From the NCBI GenBank assembly GCA_049680405.1, contig JBAUHS010000010.1, positions 3,777 through 67,776 of the forward strand: a stretch of 64,000 nucleotides of DNA. Direction: 5' to 3'. A program made the position numbers and the translations under genes. The notes under the pieces are model-generated. The model saw only the letters and a list, made by a program, of their open reading frames with translations, ran no database searches and had not been told where the DNA came from. Each line of letters begins with the position of its first letter. The first letter of the stretch is position 1. Of this stretch, positions 9,482 to 19,978 are shown in pieces. Origin of the DNA: Salaquimonas sp. (lineage in GTDB: Bacteria > Pseudomonadota > Alphaproteobacteria > Rhizobiales > Rhizobiaceae).

Positions 9482-11785
9482 CTATTCGCTTTTTGCTTGT
9501 TGGATTGCTGCCCAAACTGTTTGTGGCAGAGCCGGACTATCAATATTGGCGATGCCATAGGCCTCTCTCAGCGCATGGGAGACTGCGTTCATGACCGCAG
9601 GGCATGCGCCGATAGTGCCCGCCTCTCCGGCGCCTTTCATACCCATGGCATTGGTCGTTGAAGGCACATTTCTGGTTTCAAAATGAAAATTTGGAATCTC
9701 CGCTGCCCTTGGCATTGAATAATCCATGAAAGTTGCTGTTAAAAGCTGACCTTCATCATCATAAAACACACGCTCATTGAGGCATTGGCCAATGCCTTGA
9801 ACCACGCCTCCATGGATTTGTCCTGCCAGAAGAATCGGATTCACCGTGACGCCAAAATCATCAACAATGGTATAGGCCACCACATCGGTTTTTCCGGTAT
9901 CAGGGTCAACTTCCACTTCACAGATATGCGTGCCGTTTGGATAGGTCGCCTCATTCTGCTGGTATTCACCTTCACTATTGCGATCTTCTTTCGACGCTGC
10001 AGCGGCGATTGCAGCAAATGACATTGCCCGGTCTGTTCCTACAATGCGCGCTTCACCATTGCTTAACTCAATGTCGCCAGCTGAAGCTTCTAATTGGTCG
10101 GCAGCAACTTTCTTCATTTTTTTGGCCAGATTTTCGGACGCATAGACAACGGAAACTCCGCCAAGCGGAACAGAACGCGACCCACCGGTTCCTCCACCAT
10201 TGGCAAGCACTTTCGTGTCGCCCTGATGCACTGTGATCTGATCAATATCGACGCCAAATTTTTCTGCTGCCAATTGAGAATAGGCAGTGGCATGGCCTTG
10301 GCCGTTTGATTGGGTACCAATCCGAATGAGGATTTTACCATCTTCTTGCAATGTTGCGAAAGCTGGCTCTGAGCCGGCAAAGGCACAAGCCTCAATATAG
10401 GTCGCCATGCCTATACCGCGAATTTTGCTGCGTGATTTAGCCTCTTCATTACGGATATCAAAGCCCACCCAATCGGCCCGCTCCATACAAAGCTTCATAT
10501 GTTCGTTGAATTCGCCAGTATCATACATACGCCCGCCGGGAGTGGTGTAAGGAAGATTTTCAGTTGCAATAAAATTGATCGAACGGATTTCGTCTCTGCC
10601 CATTCCCATCTCAATAGCGCACTGATCTGCTAAGCGCTCAATCAGATAAGCCGCTTCTGGTCGCCCTGCTCCCCTATAGGCATCCAGTGGTGTCGTATTA
10701 GTATAGGTTCCACGGCAAGTAATCGCCATTGCTGGAATGTCGTAAATCCCGGTTGTCATCGTCATTCCCAACCACGGAATATAGGGTCCATAACAATGCA
10801 GATATGCACCCATGGCGGCAATCAGATCGACATCCATCGCAAGAAATTTTCCATTCTTGTCCATTGCCATTTTTGCATAGGCAACATTATCCCGGCCATG
10901 AGCGTCGGCGACAAAGTGTTCTGAACGGTCTGACGTCCATTTTACCGGGCGACCAAGGCGTTTGGCAGCCTCCATGGTCAGTGGATATTCACGATAGGGG
11001 AAAACCTTGGTTCCAAAACCGCCACCCACATCCGGCGTAATGACTCGAATCCGGTCAGGATTTTCTCCAGTGATCTTGGCAAGGTGACGTTTGATACCAT
11101 GGGCACCCTGGGAGCAAACAGTAACTGTATAGCCGTCTTCTTCGTTCCATTCAGATACGCAAGAGCGTGTCTCCATGTAATTGCAGATCAAGCGATTATT
11201 GATGATCTTCATTTGCGTGACATGGTCTGCTTTGGCAAATAGCTCATCGGTCTTTTTCTGATCACCGAGGAAAGTCTTGAAGGCCAGATTGGTTCCGGTT
11301 TCAGGATAAACCAAAGGCGCATCAGCGGCCAAACAACCCTCCGTGTCCACCACCACAGGCAGCCCATCAAACTCAATATCAATCAGTTCAGACGCATCTT
11401 TTGCCAAAGCAACGCTATCGGCAACGATGAAGGCAATTGCATCCCCGATATGCTTGACTTCATCAACGCATAGAACCGGAAGGTTCTGATTGACGATTTT
11501 CGAGCCATCAGCATTTTTTATGGGAGTTACATTTTCAAGTGGATTGAGATGGCCAATATCTGCGCCGGTCAAAACGAGATGCACGCCTTCACTTTGCTGA
11601 GCTGCCGAAACATCATTGATCTTGAATTTGGCATGGGCATAGGGCGAACGCAGTACAAACCCCTTCAACACGCCTTCTGGTGAGAAATCATCTGTATAAC
11701 GGCCTTTACCTGTTGCAAACGCATCATCTTCCTTACGCAGGACAGAAGCGCCTATGCCGAATTTCGCGTGCACTGTCTCATTCAT
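9482..11785 (-). CDS. Xanthine dehydrogenase/CoxL-family molybdopterin-binding subunit (orphan large subunit)
   Basis: 767 aa. The N-terminal Ald_Xan_dh_C motif GKGRYTDD and the overall length and pattern match aerobic-type CO dehydrogenase/aldehyde oxidase large chains. Confidence 0.85.
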   Translation of the reverse strand: MNETVHAKFGIGASVLRKEDDAFATGKGRYTDDFSPEGVLKGFVLRSPYAHAKFKINDVSAAQQSEGVHLVLTGADIGHLNPLENVTPIKNADGSKIVNQNLPVLCVDEVKHIGDAIAFIVADSVALAKDASELIDIEFDGLPVVVDTEGCLAADAPLVYPETGTNLAFKTFLGDQKKTDELFAKADHVTQMKIINNRLICNYMETRSCVSEWNEEDGYTVTVCSQGAHGIKRHLAKITGENPDRIRVITPDVGGGFGTKVFPYREYPLTMEAAKRLGRPVKWTSDRSEHFVADAHGRDNVAYAKMAMDKNGKFLAMDVDLIAAMGAYLHCYGPYIPWLGMTMTTGIYDIPAMAITCRGTYTNTTPLDAYRGAGRPEAAYLIERLADQCAIEMGMGRDEIRSINFIATENLPYTTPGGRMYDTGEFNEHMKLCMERADWVGFDIRNEEAKSRSKIRGIGMATYIEACAFAGSEPAFATLQEDGKILIRIGTQSNGQGHATAYSQLAAEKFGVDIDQITVHQGDTKVLANGGGTGGSRSVPLGGVSVVYASENLAKKMKKVAADQLEASAGDIELSNGEARIVGTDRAMSFAAIAAAASKEDRNSEGEYQQNEATYPNGTHICEVEVDPDTGKTDVVAYTIVDDFGVTVNPILLAGQIHGGVVQGIGQCLNERVFYDDEGQLLTATFMDYSMPRAAEIPNFHFETRNVPSTTNAMGMKGAGEAGTIGACPAVMNAVSHALREAYGIANIDSPALPQTVWAAIQQAKSE

Positions 11786-11975
11786 TACATACTACTCCAA
11801 AAGATTTTACGGCTTAGTAAAAGAGACCAGCATCTATGGAATCTACCGCGAAACGAATTGCCAATATAAGCACCGCAATCCTGCAATCAATCTTATTTTC
11901 ATCGTTTATTATCAAGACCGGATTGCGCCTTGCAAAGAGCTCTGCCATGGTTACCGTCAACCTTCGGTACGCCAT

Positions 11976-12905
11976 ATGCTTATTCAACCTTTTCGTGATC
12001 GCTTTAACCTGCTTGGTGACAACCTCAAGGGCGCGCTCATTTTGATGCTGGCTGCTGGCCTATTTTCCATCATGATTGTGATCATCAAGCTGCTGGGAAG
12101 CCACCTTCACGTCACACAGATATTGCTGGTTCGGCAAATTGTCATGACACTGATCGTGGCTCCAGCTGTTTTGAAGGGCTTTCCCGGGGTTTTGAGAACC
12201 CATCAACCGGGACTACAATTGACCCGGATTTGCTTTGCACTTGGGGCAATGCTGATGGGATTTTCCGCTGTGATTCACCTTCCACTGGCTGATGCAACTG
12301 CCCTTGGCTTTGCCAAGAGCTTTTTTGTCACGATTTTTGCAGTTGCCATTTTGAAGGAAACGGTCGGGGCCCGCCGCTGGGGAGCGGTTGCAGTTGGCTT
12401 TATTGGTGTGATGATCATGCTCAAGCCCGGAACGGATGCGTTCTCAATTTACGGACTTATGGCTGTTGCTGGAGCCGCCTGCGCGGGACTGGTCATGGTG
12501 ATCATAAGGTTCATGTCGCGAACCGATTCCCCAACTACGATTTTGACCTGGCAGGCTATCGGCGTTGGCCTGGCGATTGCCATCCCTGGCATTTGGTACT
12601 GGAAGCCCCCTACCTTGAATGAATGGTTTCTCCTGATCTCAATGGGCGGTCTTTCCTACATTGCGCAAATGGCAAACATCTATGCCTACAAATTCGGCGA
12701 AGCATCCGTGCTCGCGTCCCTCGACTATGTTCGACTTCTCTACGCAACCATTTTGGGATATCTTATTTTCGAGACGTTACCAGGTATCGCAACATGGATC
12801 GGGGCCGCGATCATCGTCACCGCATCCATCTATACCGTATGGCGCGAGGCAAAGAAGAAGCAGACACTGGTTCGCTCCCCGGCCGGGCGCGGCTATTCTC
12901 ATTGA
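11976..12905 (+). CDS. DMT-superfamily (EamA) transporter
   Basis: The ORF track gives 11754, but the first 74 codons are non-membrane junk that overlap the divergent promoter region. From the ATG at 11976, a 309-aa protein with 10 hydrophobic helices has the EamA duplication pattern. Confidence 0.8.
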   Translation: MLIQPFRDRFNLLGDNLKGALILMLAAGLFSIMIVIIKLLGSHLHVTQILLVRQIVMTLIVAPAVLKGFPGVLRTHQPGLQLTRICFALGAMLMGFSAVIHLPLADATALGFAKSFFVTIFAVAILKETVGARRWGAVAVGFIGVMIMLKPGTDAFSIYGLMAVAGAACAGLVMVIIRFMSRTDSPTTILTWQAIGVGLAIAIPGIWYWKPPTLNEWFLLISMGGLSYIAQMANIYAYKFGEASVLASLDYVRLLYATILGYLIFETLPGIATWIGAAIIVTASIYTVWREAKKKQTLVRSPAGRGYSH

Positions 12906-12921
12906 TCCAGGTACGACGATC

Positions 12922-14562
12922 TTAGCGGCTTTTTGCCAAGGCCTGATACGCACCTAAAAGCCCTGCGGTAGACGCATCTTTGCCTTTTGCGCTTTCTTTA
13001 CCTTTTACCATTGGCACCAATTGGTTTGCCAAAGCCTTACCAAGTTCCACGCCCCATTGGTCGAAGGAATTAATGCCCCATATCACGCCTTGCACGAAAA
13101 CCTTGTGTTCGTAAAGCGCGGTCAGCATGCCCAATGTTTTGGGGTCAAGGCGTTTATACAAAAATGTACTCGATGGCCGATTGCCCTCAAACACTTTATG
13201 AGGTGCCAGCTTCTTAATCTCAGCGGGTGTCTTGCCCTGGGCCGCTAATTCAACGGCCGCTTCTTCCACGGTCTTGCCGATCATCAGCGCTTCTGACTGG
13301 GCCAGGCAATTTGCGACCAAGAGAGCATGATGATCACCCAATTTTTCGTTCGGTTTTGCAGCAATTAGAAAATCGCAAGGAATGACGCCCGTTCCTTGAT
13401 GGATCAATTGGTAAAATGCATGCTGGCCATTGGTACCCGGCTCACCCCATAACACAGCGCCAGTATCACTGGTTACAGGTTTACCATTCATCATGACACG
13501 CTTGCCGTTTGATTCCATATCTAATTGCTGAAGATAGGCAGGAAAACGCGATAATCTATTATCGTATGGTAACACCGCTTGAGTGTCAAAACCCCAAATA
13601 TTGCGATGCCAAATGCCTATCAGGGCCATTAGAACAGGAATATTTTTTTCATAATCGGCTGACTTGAAATGCTCATCGGCCTCAAAAGCCCCTTGAAGAA
13701 ATGCGTCGAAATTCTTTGGACCAATCGCAATCATGAGTGACAATCCAATTGCTGACCAGATTGAATAACGTCCCCCTACCCAATCCCAAAACCCAAATGT
13801 TCGCTCGTCTTCAATTCCAAATTTACGTGTTGCTTCCAGATTGGTTGAAAGAGCCGCAAAATGCTCACCCACATCCTTTTTACCAAGTTTCTTGCGCAAC
13901 CATCTGCGGGCACTTTCTACATTGCGCATGGTTTCCTGAGTGGTGAAGGTTTTTGAAGCTATGATAAATAAGGTTGTTTCAGGAGTTATCTTTTCAAACG
14001 TATCGGAAAGATCTGCGCCATCCACATTTGAAACAAAATACGTTTTAGGTCCATTGTGCCAGGGCGAAAGCCCAAGCGTTGCCATTGCCGGACCAAGGTC
14101 AGAGCCTCCAATGCCAATATTCACGATATCTGTGACTTTGCCGCCGGTTACCTGGTATTTCCCGCTACGGATTTTGTTGGCAAAAGCGCCCATGGCCTTC
14201 AGCACTTTTCGAATGGCGGGCATGATGTCCTCACCATCCACTATGATCGGTTCGGAGGATTTATTCCTGAGTGCCGTGTGAAGAACTGCCCTGCCTTCGG
14301 TCTCATTGATGATTTCACCGGAAAACATCCGATTGCGATAACTGGCCACCCCCGCTGATTTGGCCAGGGCAACGAGTGAAGCCAAAGAAGGTTCATCAAT
14401 TCGGTTCTTTGAAAAATCAAACAAAAGATCGTTCAACTCAACACTAAATTTGGAAAACCGTTTTTTATCAGCTGCAAACATCTCGCGCAGATGAGTTCGT
14501 GACAAACGATTTTTATGGGCCTTGAGTTCGGACTGATGGGCCTTAAGCGCTGAACTGGTCAT
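12922..14562 (-). CDS. pgi: Glucose-6-phosphate isomerase
   Basis: PGI signatures are IGIGGSDLGP, the DWVGGRYS-type block FWDWVGGRYSIWSAIG, and GVIWGINSFDQWGVELGK. The start was chosen at the Met giving about 546 aa; the track start at 14619 adds 19 unlikely residues. Confidence 0.9.
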   Translation of the reverse strand: MTSSALKAHQSELKAHKNRLSRTHLREMFAADKKRFSKFSVELNDLLFDFSKNRIDEPSLASLVALAKSAGVASYRNRMFSGEIINETEGRAVLHTALRNKSSEPIIVDGEDIMPAIRKVLKAMGAFANKIRSGKYQVTGGKVTDIVNIGIGGSDLGPAMATLGLSPWHNGPKTYFVSNVDGADLSDTFEKITPETTLFIIASKTFTTQETMRNVESARRWLRKKLGKKDVGEHFAALSTNLEATRKFGIEDERTFGFWDWVGGRYSIWSAIGLSLMIAIGPKNFDAFLQGAFEADEHFKSADYEKNIPVLMALIGIWHRNIWGFDTQAVLPYDNRLSRFPAYLQQLDMESNGKRVMMNGKPVTSDTGAVLWGEPGTNGQHAFYQLIHQGTGVIPCDFLIAAKPNEKLGDHHALLVANCLAQSEALMIGKTVEEAAVELAAQGKTPAEIKKLAPHKVFEGNRPSSTFLYKRLDPKTLGMLTALYEHKVFVQGVIWGINSFDQWGVELGKALANQLVPMVKGKESAKGKDASTAGLLGAYQALAKSR

Positions 14563-14729
14563 TGAACATTCCATAAATTGAAGATGAGCGTTCTTAAACA
14601 GCCTTAAACAAAGGTTCAATAATCAACGCGATTTTTCTATCTGTATTTTTTTGCAAATGAAGAATTTCCGCTTTTGGCGGTTTTAGTTTAGTGGTTTTTT
14701 CAAAGAATCATCTGAAGAGTTTGCGTGTT

Positions 14730-17381
14730 ATGCTTAGAACCAATTCTGCCCGTCCGGTATTGTTGAAAGACTACAAGGCCCCAACTTATCTCGTTTCAAA
14801 TGTTGATCTGGATTTTCAACTTCACTCAACTGAAACAATTGTTACAGCAACTACTTCCTACTTTCTGAACAAGGGGGAAAAGACAGGTGCATCACTTGAA
14901 CTTGATGGTGACGGGTTGTCTTTCATTTCCGCAAAACTCAATGGCAAGCCTCTTGAGCCAAAAGCTTTCAATGTTACCGAAGATGCTTTTATTCTGGTCA
15001 ATCCGCCCAAAAAGTTTAATCTTGAAATTGTGACCAAGGTTGATCCGACAAGCAATACGGCTCTGTCTGGCCTATACCGTTCGGGCGGAAATTATTGTAC
15101 CCAGTGCGAGGCCCAAGGCTTTCGGCGGATAACCTATTTCCTCGACAGACCAGATGTATTGGCGCCCTATACAGTTCGACTTGAGGTTGACGAAAGTGAG
15201 GCCCCCCTTCTGCTATCCAATGGCAATCCCGGAAAAACAGGGAAAATCGGAAAAGACCGCCATTTTGCGATCTGGCATGACCCGCACCCGAAACCGAGTT
15301 ACCTATTTGCTCTGGTAGGCGGCGACCTTGATCACATTCACGAAGACTATGTCACTTCAGAAGGCCGCGAGGTTCGTCTTGGCATTTATGTCGAAAAAGG
15401 CAAATCCGATCGCGCTGGATATGCAATGGATGCACTTATTCGCTCAATGAGATGGGATGAGGAAGTTTTCGGCCTCGCCTACGACCTTGATGTATTCAAT
15501 ATTGTCGCTGTTTCAGACTTCAATATGGGCGCGATGGAAAACAAAGGCCTCAATATTTTCAATGATAAATATGTGCTTGCAGACAAGCAAACCGCAACGG
15601 ATGTCGACTTTGCGCGAATAGAAGCCATTATCGCCCATGAGTATTTTCACAACTGGACGGGTAACCGCATAACCTGCCGTGACTGGTTTCAGCTATGTCT
15701 CAAAGAGGGTTTGACTGTTTATCGTGATCAGGAATTTTCATCTGATATGCGTTCACGCGCAGTCAAACGCATTGAAGATGTTGTTGGCCTTAGAGGACAT
15801 CAGTTTCCGGAAGATGCTGGGCCCCTCGCCCATCCGGTAAGGCCTGACAGTTATCGTGAAATCAATAATTTTTACACGGCAACGATTTACGAAAAAGGCG
15901 CTGAGATAGTTCGCATGATCGCGACTTTGTTGGGGGAAAAGAATTTTGCCAACGGCATGAAACGGTATCTGAAAAAGCATGATGGCGATGCAGCGACGGT
16001 CGAAGATTTTCTCAATTGTTTTGAATTCGTCAGCAGGCGTGATCTTTCACAATTCTTTCTTTGGTATGAGCAGGCCGGAACGCCAAGCCTGCATGTTGCC
16101 TCTGACTACGATGCGGCACGAAAAACCTTCACCGTGGAAATTGAACAGTCCCAATCTCCAACAGCAGGGCAATCCCGCAAAAAGCCATTGCTAATGCCAT
16201 TGCGGATCGGTCTGATGGGCATGGTCAGCGGAAAAGAGATTGCATTTGAAAAGGCTACAGGCCCAATCCATCATGGGGACGTTTTCGAGATTGATAAGCG
16301 AAAACAAAAAATCGTATTTCATGGGGTAACCGAGCGTCCGGCGCTTTCGATCAATCGGAATTTTAGTGCGCCGGTGGAAGTCAATTATCGCCATACAGAT
16401 AAAGAGTTGATTTTCCTTGCTGCAAATGATGTCGATCAATTCAATCGTTGGCAGGCATTCAGGACAATTGCCAGCAGGCAGATATTGTCTGGGATGCGGG
16501 CTATCCAGCGAAAGAAAAAACCGAAATGGAATTTGGCTTTTCTTGAAGCTGCCAAAGAAATCGCAGCAAATGAGGCATTGGAACCAGCATTCAGATCTAT
16601 GGCTTTAACTCTCCCAGCCGAAAGCGAACTGGCGCGGCTGATTGGCCGAAATATTGATCCTGATGCAATCCACAACGCGCGAAAAGCCCTGCAATCGGCC
16701 TTGGGTGAAGCGCTGGAAGAAACAAGAATTAAAACCTCCAAGACCCTCAAGCCAGATGCCGACTATTCTGCAGCGGCCGAAGAAGCCGGAAAACGCTCTT
16801 TGTATAATCTGCTGCTTTCCTATGGTGTACATGCCGGCAGCGAACAGGCCGAAAAAGCGGTAGTGAAGCAATTCAAATCTGCGGATAACATGAACCAGAA
16901 TGAGTTTGCTTTCCGGATTATATTGCAGGAGATGGCTGACACACCGGATGCAGAAAAGGCCGTAGCCAGTTTCTACAAAACATTCCAGAATGACCAAATC
17001 GTTTTGGATAAATGGTTCACCACCCAGGCGATTACTCCTGGAAAAGGAGCATTGAAATGTGTTCGTGGCCTGATTGCTCATCCAGAATTCAAGTGGACTA
17101 ACCCGAATCGAGTACGTTCAGTCATTGCCGCCTTTGCGACCGCAAATCCGACCGGGTTTAACCGTGCCGATGGTGCAGGATACCGGCTGGTGGCCGATGC
17201 CGTCAGCAAGCTGGATGAGATCAATCCGCAAATCGCTTCGCGCCTTCTGACGGCATTTCGCTCCTGGAGAACTCTTGAGCCGAATCGGCGAAAACTGGCT
17301 GAAGCCAGTTTGAAAAAACTGAAACGACAAAAAGGATTGTCCCGGGATGTCAGTGAAATCCTCGATAGAACTCTGAGTTAA
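14730..17381 (+). CDS. pepN: Aminopeptidase N (M1 family)
   Basis: GAMEN exopeptidase motif, the HEYFHNW-(18)-E zinc motif, and a PepN C-terminal domain. The ATG at 14730 is preferred over the upstream GTG. Confidence 0.92.
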   Translation: MLRTNSARPVLLKDYKAPTYLVSNVDLDFQLHSTETIVTATTSYFLNKGEKTGASLELDGDGLSFISAKLNGKPLEPKAFNVTEDAFILVNPPKKFNLEIVTKVDPTSNTALSGLYRSGGNYCTQCEAQGFRRITYFLDRPDVLAPYTVRLEVDESEAPLLLSNGNPGKTGKIGKDRHFAIWHDPHPKPSYLFALVGGDLDHIHEDYVTSEGREVRLGIYVEKGKSDRAGYAMDALIRSMRWDEEVFGLAYDLDVFNIVAVSDFNMGAMENKGLNIFNDKYVLADKQTATDVDFARIEAIIAHEYFHNWTGNRITCRDWFQLCLKEGLTVYRDQEFSSDMRSRAVKRIEDVVGLRGHQFPEDAGPLAHPVRPDSYREINNFYTATIYEKGAEIVRMIATLLGEKNFANGMKRYLKKHDGDAATVEDFLNCFEFVSRRDLSQFFLWYEQAGTPSLHVASDYDAARKTFTVEIEQSQSPTAGQSRKKPLLMPLRIGLMGMVSGKEIAFEKATGPIHHGDVFEIDKRKQKIVFHGVTERPALSINRNFSAPVEVNYRHTDKELIFLAANDVDQFNRWQAFRTIASRQILSGMRAIQRKKKPKWNLAFLEAAKEIAANEALEPAFRSMALTLPAESELARLIGRNIDPDAIHNARKALQSALGEALEETRIKTSKTLKPDADYSAAAEEAGKRSLYNLLLSYGVHAGSEQAEKAVVKQFKSADNMNQNEFAFRIILQEMADTPDAEKAVASFYKTFQNDQIVLDKWFTTQAITPGKGALKCVRGLIAHPEFKWTNPNRVRSVIAAFATANPTGFNRADGAGYRLVADAVSKLDEINPQIASRLLTAFRSWRTLEPNRRKLAEASLKKLKRQKGLSRDVSEILDRTLS

Positions 17382-17402
17382 ACAAGCCCAGACAGAATTA
17401 GT

Positions 17403-17425
17403 GTGACTCAAAAGACTCACTTTTT
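17403..17425 (+). terminator. Possible weak rho-independent terminator after pepN
   Basis: GTGACTC-AAAA-GACTCAC gives 6 bp with one C:C mismatch, followed by TTTTT. Confidence 0.35.
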
Positions 17426-17566
17426 AACGATTTGCCAAGAAATTAACCAACCGTAAGGGAATTTGATTCTCCAGCCCTAGACAAGTGGATTCCTCCTGAT
17501 TCATTGTAAGTAAGAATCGTCGATGCGGTATTGGCGGTTTTTAATTTACAAGGGGAGGCCATTGGC

Positions 17567-19918
17567 ATGGCGCAGACAGACGCACGCTTTGCGGGCGCTG
17601 GGACTAGGGATTCTGGCATTGGGAAAAAAACTTCCCCATCCGGAATTGTTGGTTATGCCAAGCAATTGTATCACCCGGCCTATGAACGCCTTCTCAACTC
17701 AGAAGAGTTTCTGAGAAAACTGGTCCCTGTTCTTATTGTTGTCTTTCTGGTGATCATTGCCACGGCGCGCTGGGTGCAGATCAACACAATGGGCCAACAG
17801 ATTGTTGAGGCTAATAAAGCCGAACTCTATTTCATTGCAGAACTGGTCGAAGCAAAGCTTTCCAGTCAGGTAACCGCCACACCGGAGCAAATGAGCGAAA
17901 ACGAGCTACAGAACATGTTGAATGACAATGTTCCGGCGAGATATGTTCAGAAGGACAGACACGTTATCTTATCAGACGTAGACGGCGTCATCAGAGCAAC
18001 TCTCCCACGTAAGCGTGAATATATCGGCAAGCACCTCAATTCGATTTTCGAGAACTCCCTGCTTTTATCACGTTTCGGCAAACTGGCTGATTCCAGATAT
18101 ATTTTGGTAGATGGCAAGGAGCAGGCCCTTGGAGTGCACCGCCTGTTGCCAGGGCCCTATGGTGGCATCACGGTTTATCAGCCAACTGCGCCAATGATGG
18201 AAATCTGGCGCCGGAATGTATCCACAAATGTGACGCTTTTTGTCGGCACTTCGAGCATTTTACTTGTCATTCTTTATGCCTATTTCGCACAAAGCACCCG
18301 GGCGCGGGAGGCTGATGAAATTTACACCACGACCCAGCGCCGTTTTGACACCGCCTTGCAGCGCGGACGGAGTGGGTTGTGGGATTGGGACATATCGCGA
18401 GGCCGTATTTACTGGTCAGACTCGATGTATTCCATTTTGGGTAAACAAGTTGGACCAAGCGTTCTGTCGTTTAGCGAGATATCAAACCTAATCCATCCAA
18501 ATGATCCGGACCTGCACTCATTGGCCGATATGGTCTTGGTGGAGAATGCCGAAGCCGTTGATAAGGTCTTTCGAATGCGTCACGAGGATGAGCAGTGGGT
18601 TTGGATCAGAATTCGCGCCCAAGTGGTTCGAAACGAACATAGTGAGCCGCATCTTATCGGCATTGCGATTGATGTTACAGAACAAGAAAAAATACGACAG
18701 CGCACACGTCGGATTGCAAATCGCCTTCATGATGCAATTGAAAACCTGTCTGAAGCATTTGTTCTTTGGGATAGCCGCAAACGCCTGGTCATGTGCAATG
18801 GAAAATTTCAGGAATTGCATGGACTAAAGCCTGAGATGGCCACACCGGGAATTAGTTATGAGCAGTTGATGGAAGCTGCAACAACTTCCCTGGTCGGCAC
18901 AGAAATCATGATGAACGACAAAGATTCATTGAATGCAAGATCTTACGAAGTTCAACTAAAAGACGGCCGCTGGCTGCTCATCAATGAACGCAAAACACAA
19001 GATGGTGGGTATGTATCGGTTGGTAACGACATCACTGCTATCAAACGGCACGAAAACAAATTGCTTGATTCAGAAGGTCGGCTGAAAGCCACTATCTTTG
19101 ACTTGAAAAGATCACGTCAAACGCTGGAATTGCAAGCCCAACAGCTTGTGGAACTTGCCGAGCAGCATGCTACCGAAAAACACCGGGCAGAAGCAGCCAA
19201 CAAAGCGAAATCTGACTTTCTAGCCAATATGAGCCATGAGTTGCGCACCCCTCTTAATGCCATCATCGGATTCTCGGAAATCATGAACCAAGAAATGTTT
19301 GGCAAACTGGGGTCGAATAAATATCATGAATATTGCCGTGATATTCATGACAGCGGCAGTTTTCTTCTTGGCGTGATCAACGACATTCTTGATATGTCCA
19401 AAATTGAGGCTGGTCGCTTTACGTTGGATATTGAAACGATTGGCGTTGATGAAATTATTGAAGAAACCCTGCGCATAATCAATAGAACCGCAGAACAAAA
19501 AAGCATAACCATTGAGGAAGAAATCAAAGCCGGCTTGGAAATTGAGGCGGACCGTCGTGCCGTGAAACAAATCCTGCTGAACCTGCTATCCAACGCTGTC
19601 AAGTTTAGTAACGAAAATGGCAAGATCTTCATACGCGCACGTATCGTGTCGAAGTGTTTGAGAATAACCATTGAAGACAAGGGCATCGGCATTTCCAAGG
19701 AAGACTTGAAAAAACTGGGCCGCCCATTTGAACAAGCCCAAAATCAGCTCACCCGAAACCATGATGGCTCTGGCCTCGGCCTTGCGATCTCACGTTCGCT
19801 GACAGAGATGCACGGTGGCGCATTGAAAATCCGCTCGAAGGAGAAAGTAGGAACAATCGTTTCGCTGCAATTGCCGCTCACCTTCAAAACCAAGGATGCA
19901 ACGCCAACATTTTCATAG
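17567..19918 (+). CDS. Membrane-bound PAS-domain sensor histidine kinase (PleC/DivJ/PdhS-like HisKA-HATPase core)
   Basis: ATG at 17567 lies behind AGGGGAGG. Features are an N-terminal TM-periplasmic-TM region, two PAS-like segments, the H-box FLANMSHELRTPLNAIIGFSE, and N/G1/G2 boxes. No receiver domain is present. Confidence 0.85.
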   Translation: MAQTDARFAGAGTRDSGIGKKTSPSGIVGYAKQLYHPAYERLLNSEEFLRKLVPVLIVVFLVIIATARWVQINTMGQQIVEANKAELYFIAELVEAKLSSQVTATPEQMSENELQNMLNDNVPARYVQKDRHVILSDVDGVIRATLPRKREYIGKHLNSIFENSLLLSRFGKLADSRYILVDGKEQALGVHRLLPGPYGGITVYQPTAPMMEIWRRNVSTNVTLFVGTSSILLVILYAYFAQSTRAREADEIYTTTQRRFDTALQRGRSGLWDWDISRGRIYWSDSMYSILGKQVGPSVLSFSEISNLIHPNDPDLHSLADMVLVENAEAVDKVFRMRHEDEQWVWIRIRAQVVRNEHSEPHLIGIAIDVTEQEKIRQRTRRIANRLHDAIENLSEAFVLWDSRKRLVMCNGKFQELHGLKPEMATPGISYEQLMEAATTSLVGTEIMMNDKDSLNARSYEVQLKDGRWLLINERKTQDGGYVSVGNDITAIKRHENKLLDSEGRLKATIFDLKRSRQTLELQAQQLVELAEQHATEKHRAEAANKAKSDFLANMSHELRTPLNAIIGFSEIMNQEMFGKLGSNKYHEYCRDIHDSGSFLLGVINDILDMSKIEAGRFTLDIETIGVDEIIEETLRIINRTAEQKSITIEEEIKAGLEIEADRRAVKQILLNLLSNAVKFSNENGKIFIRARIVSKCLRITIEDKGIGISKEDLKKLGRPFEQAQNQLTRNHDGSGLGLAISRSLTEMHGGALKIRSKEKVGTIVSLQLPLTFKTKDATPTFS

Positions 19919-19946
19919 AATACACTACTTCCCTGCCCAACTGGCG

Positions 19947-19978
19947 CCCCGGATCGTTCGCGGTTCGGGGTTTTTTTT
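19947..19978 (+). terminator. Rho-independent terminator after the PAS kinase gene
   Basis: CCCCGGA-(10 nt)-TTCGGGG stem of 7 bp including one G:U pair, followed by T8. The T-run overlaps the glnE stop codon. Confidence 0.6.

Noticed and set aside
11754-11975. 74-codon N-terminal extension of the DMT transporter ORF.
   Set aside because: The sequence is not membrane-like, is rich in Tyr/Cys/Asn, and overlaps the end and promoter region of the divergent CoxL-like gene. The EamA fold begins after the ATG at 11976.
14655-14700. Short hairpin CCGC-TTTTG-GCGG followed by T-rich sequence in the pgi/pepN divergent region.
   Set aside because: The stem is only 4 bp, and no upstream plus-strand gene exists for it to terminate. 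It is more likely just promoter-region sequence.
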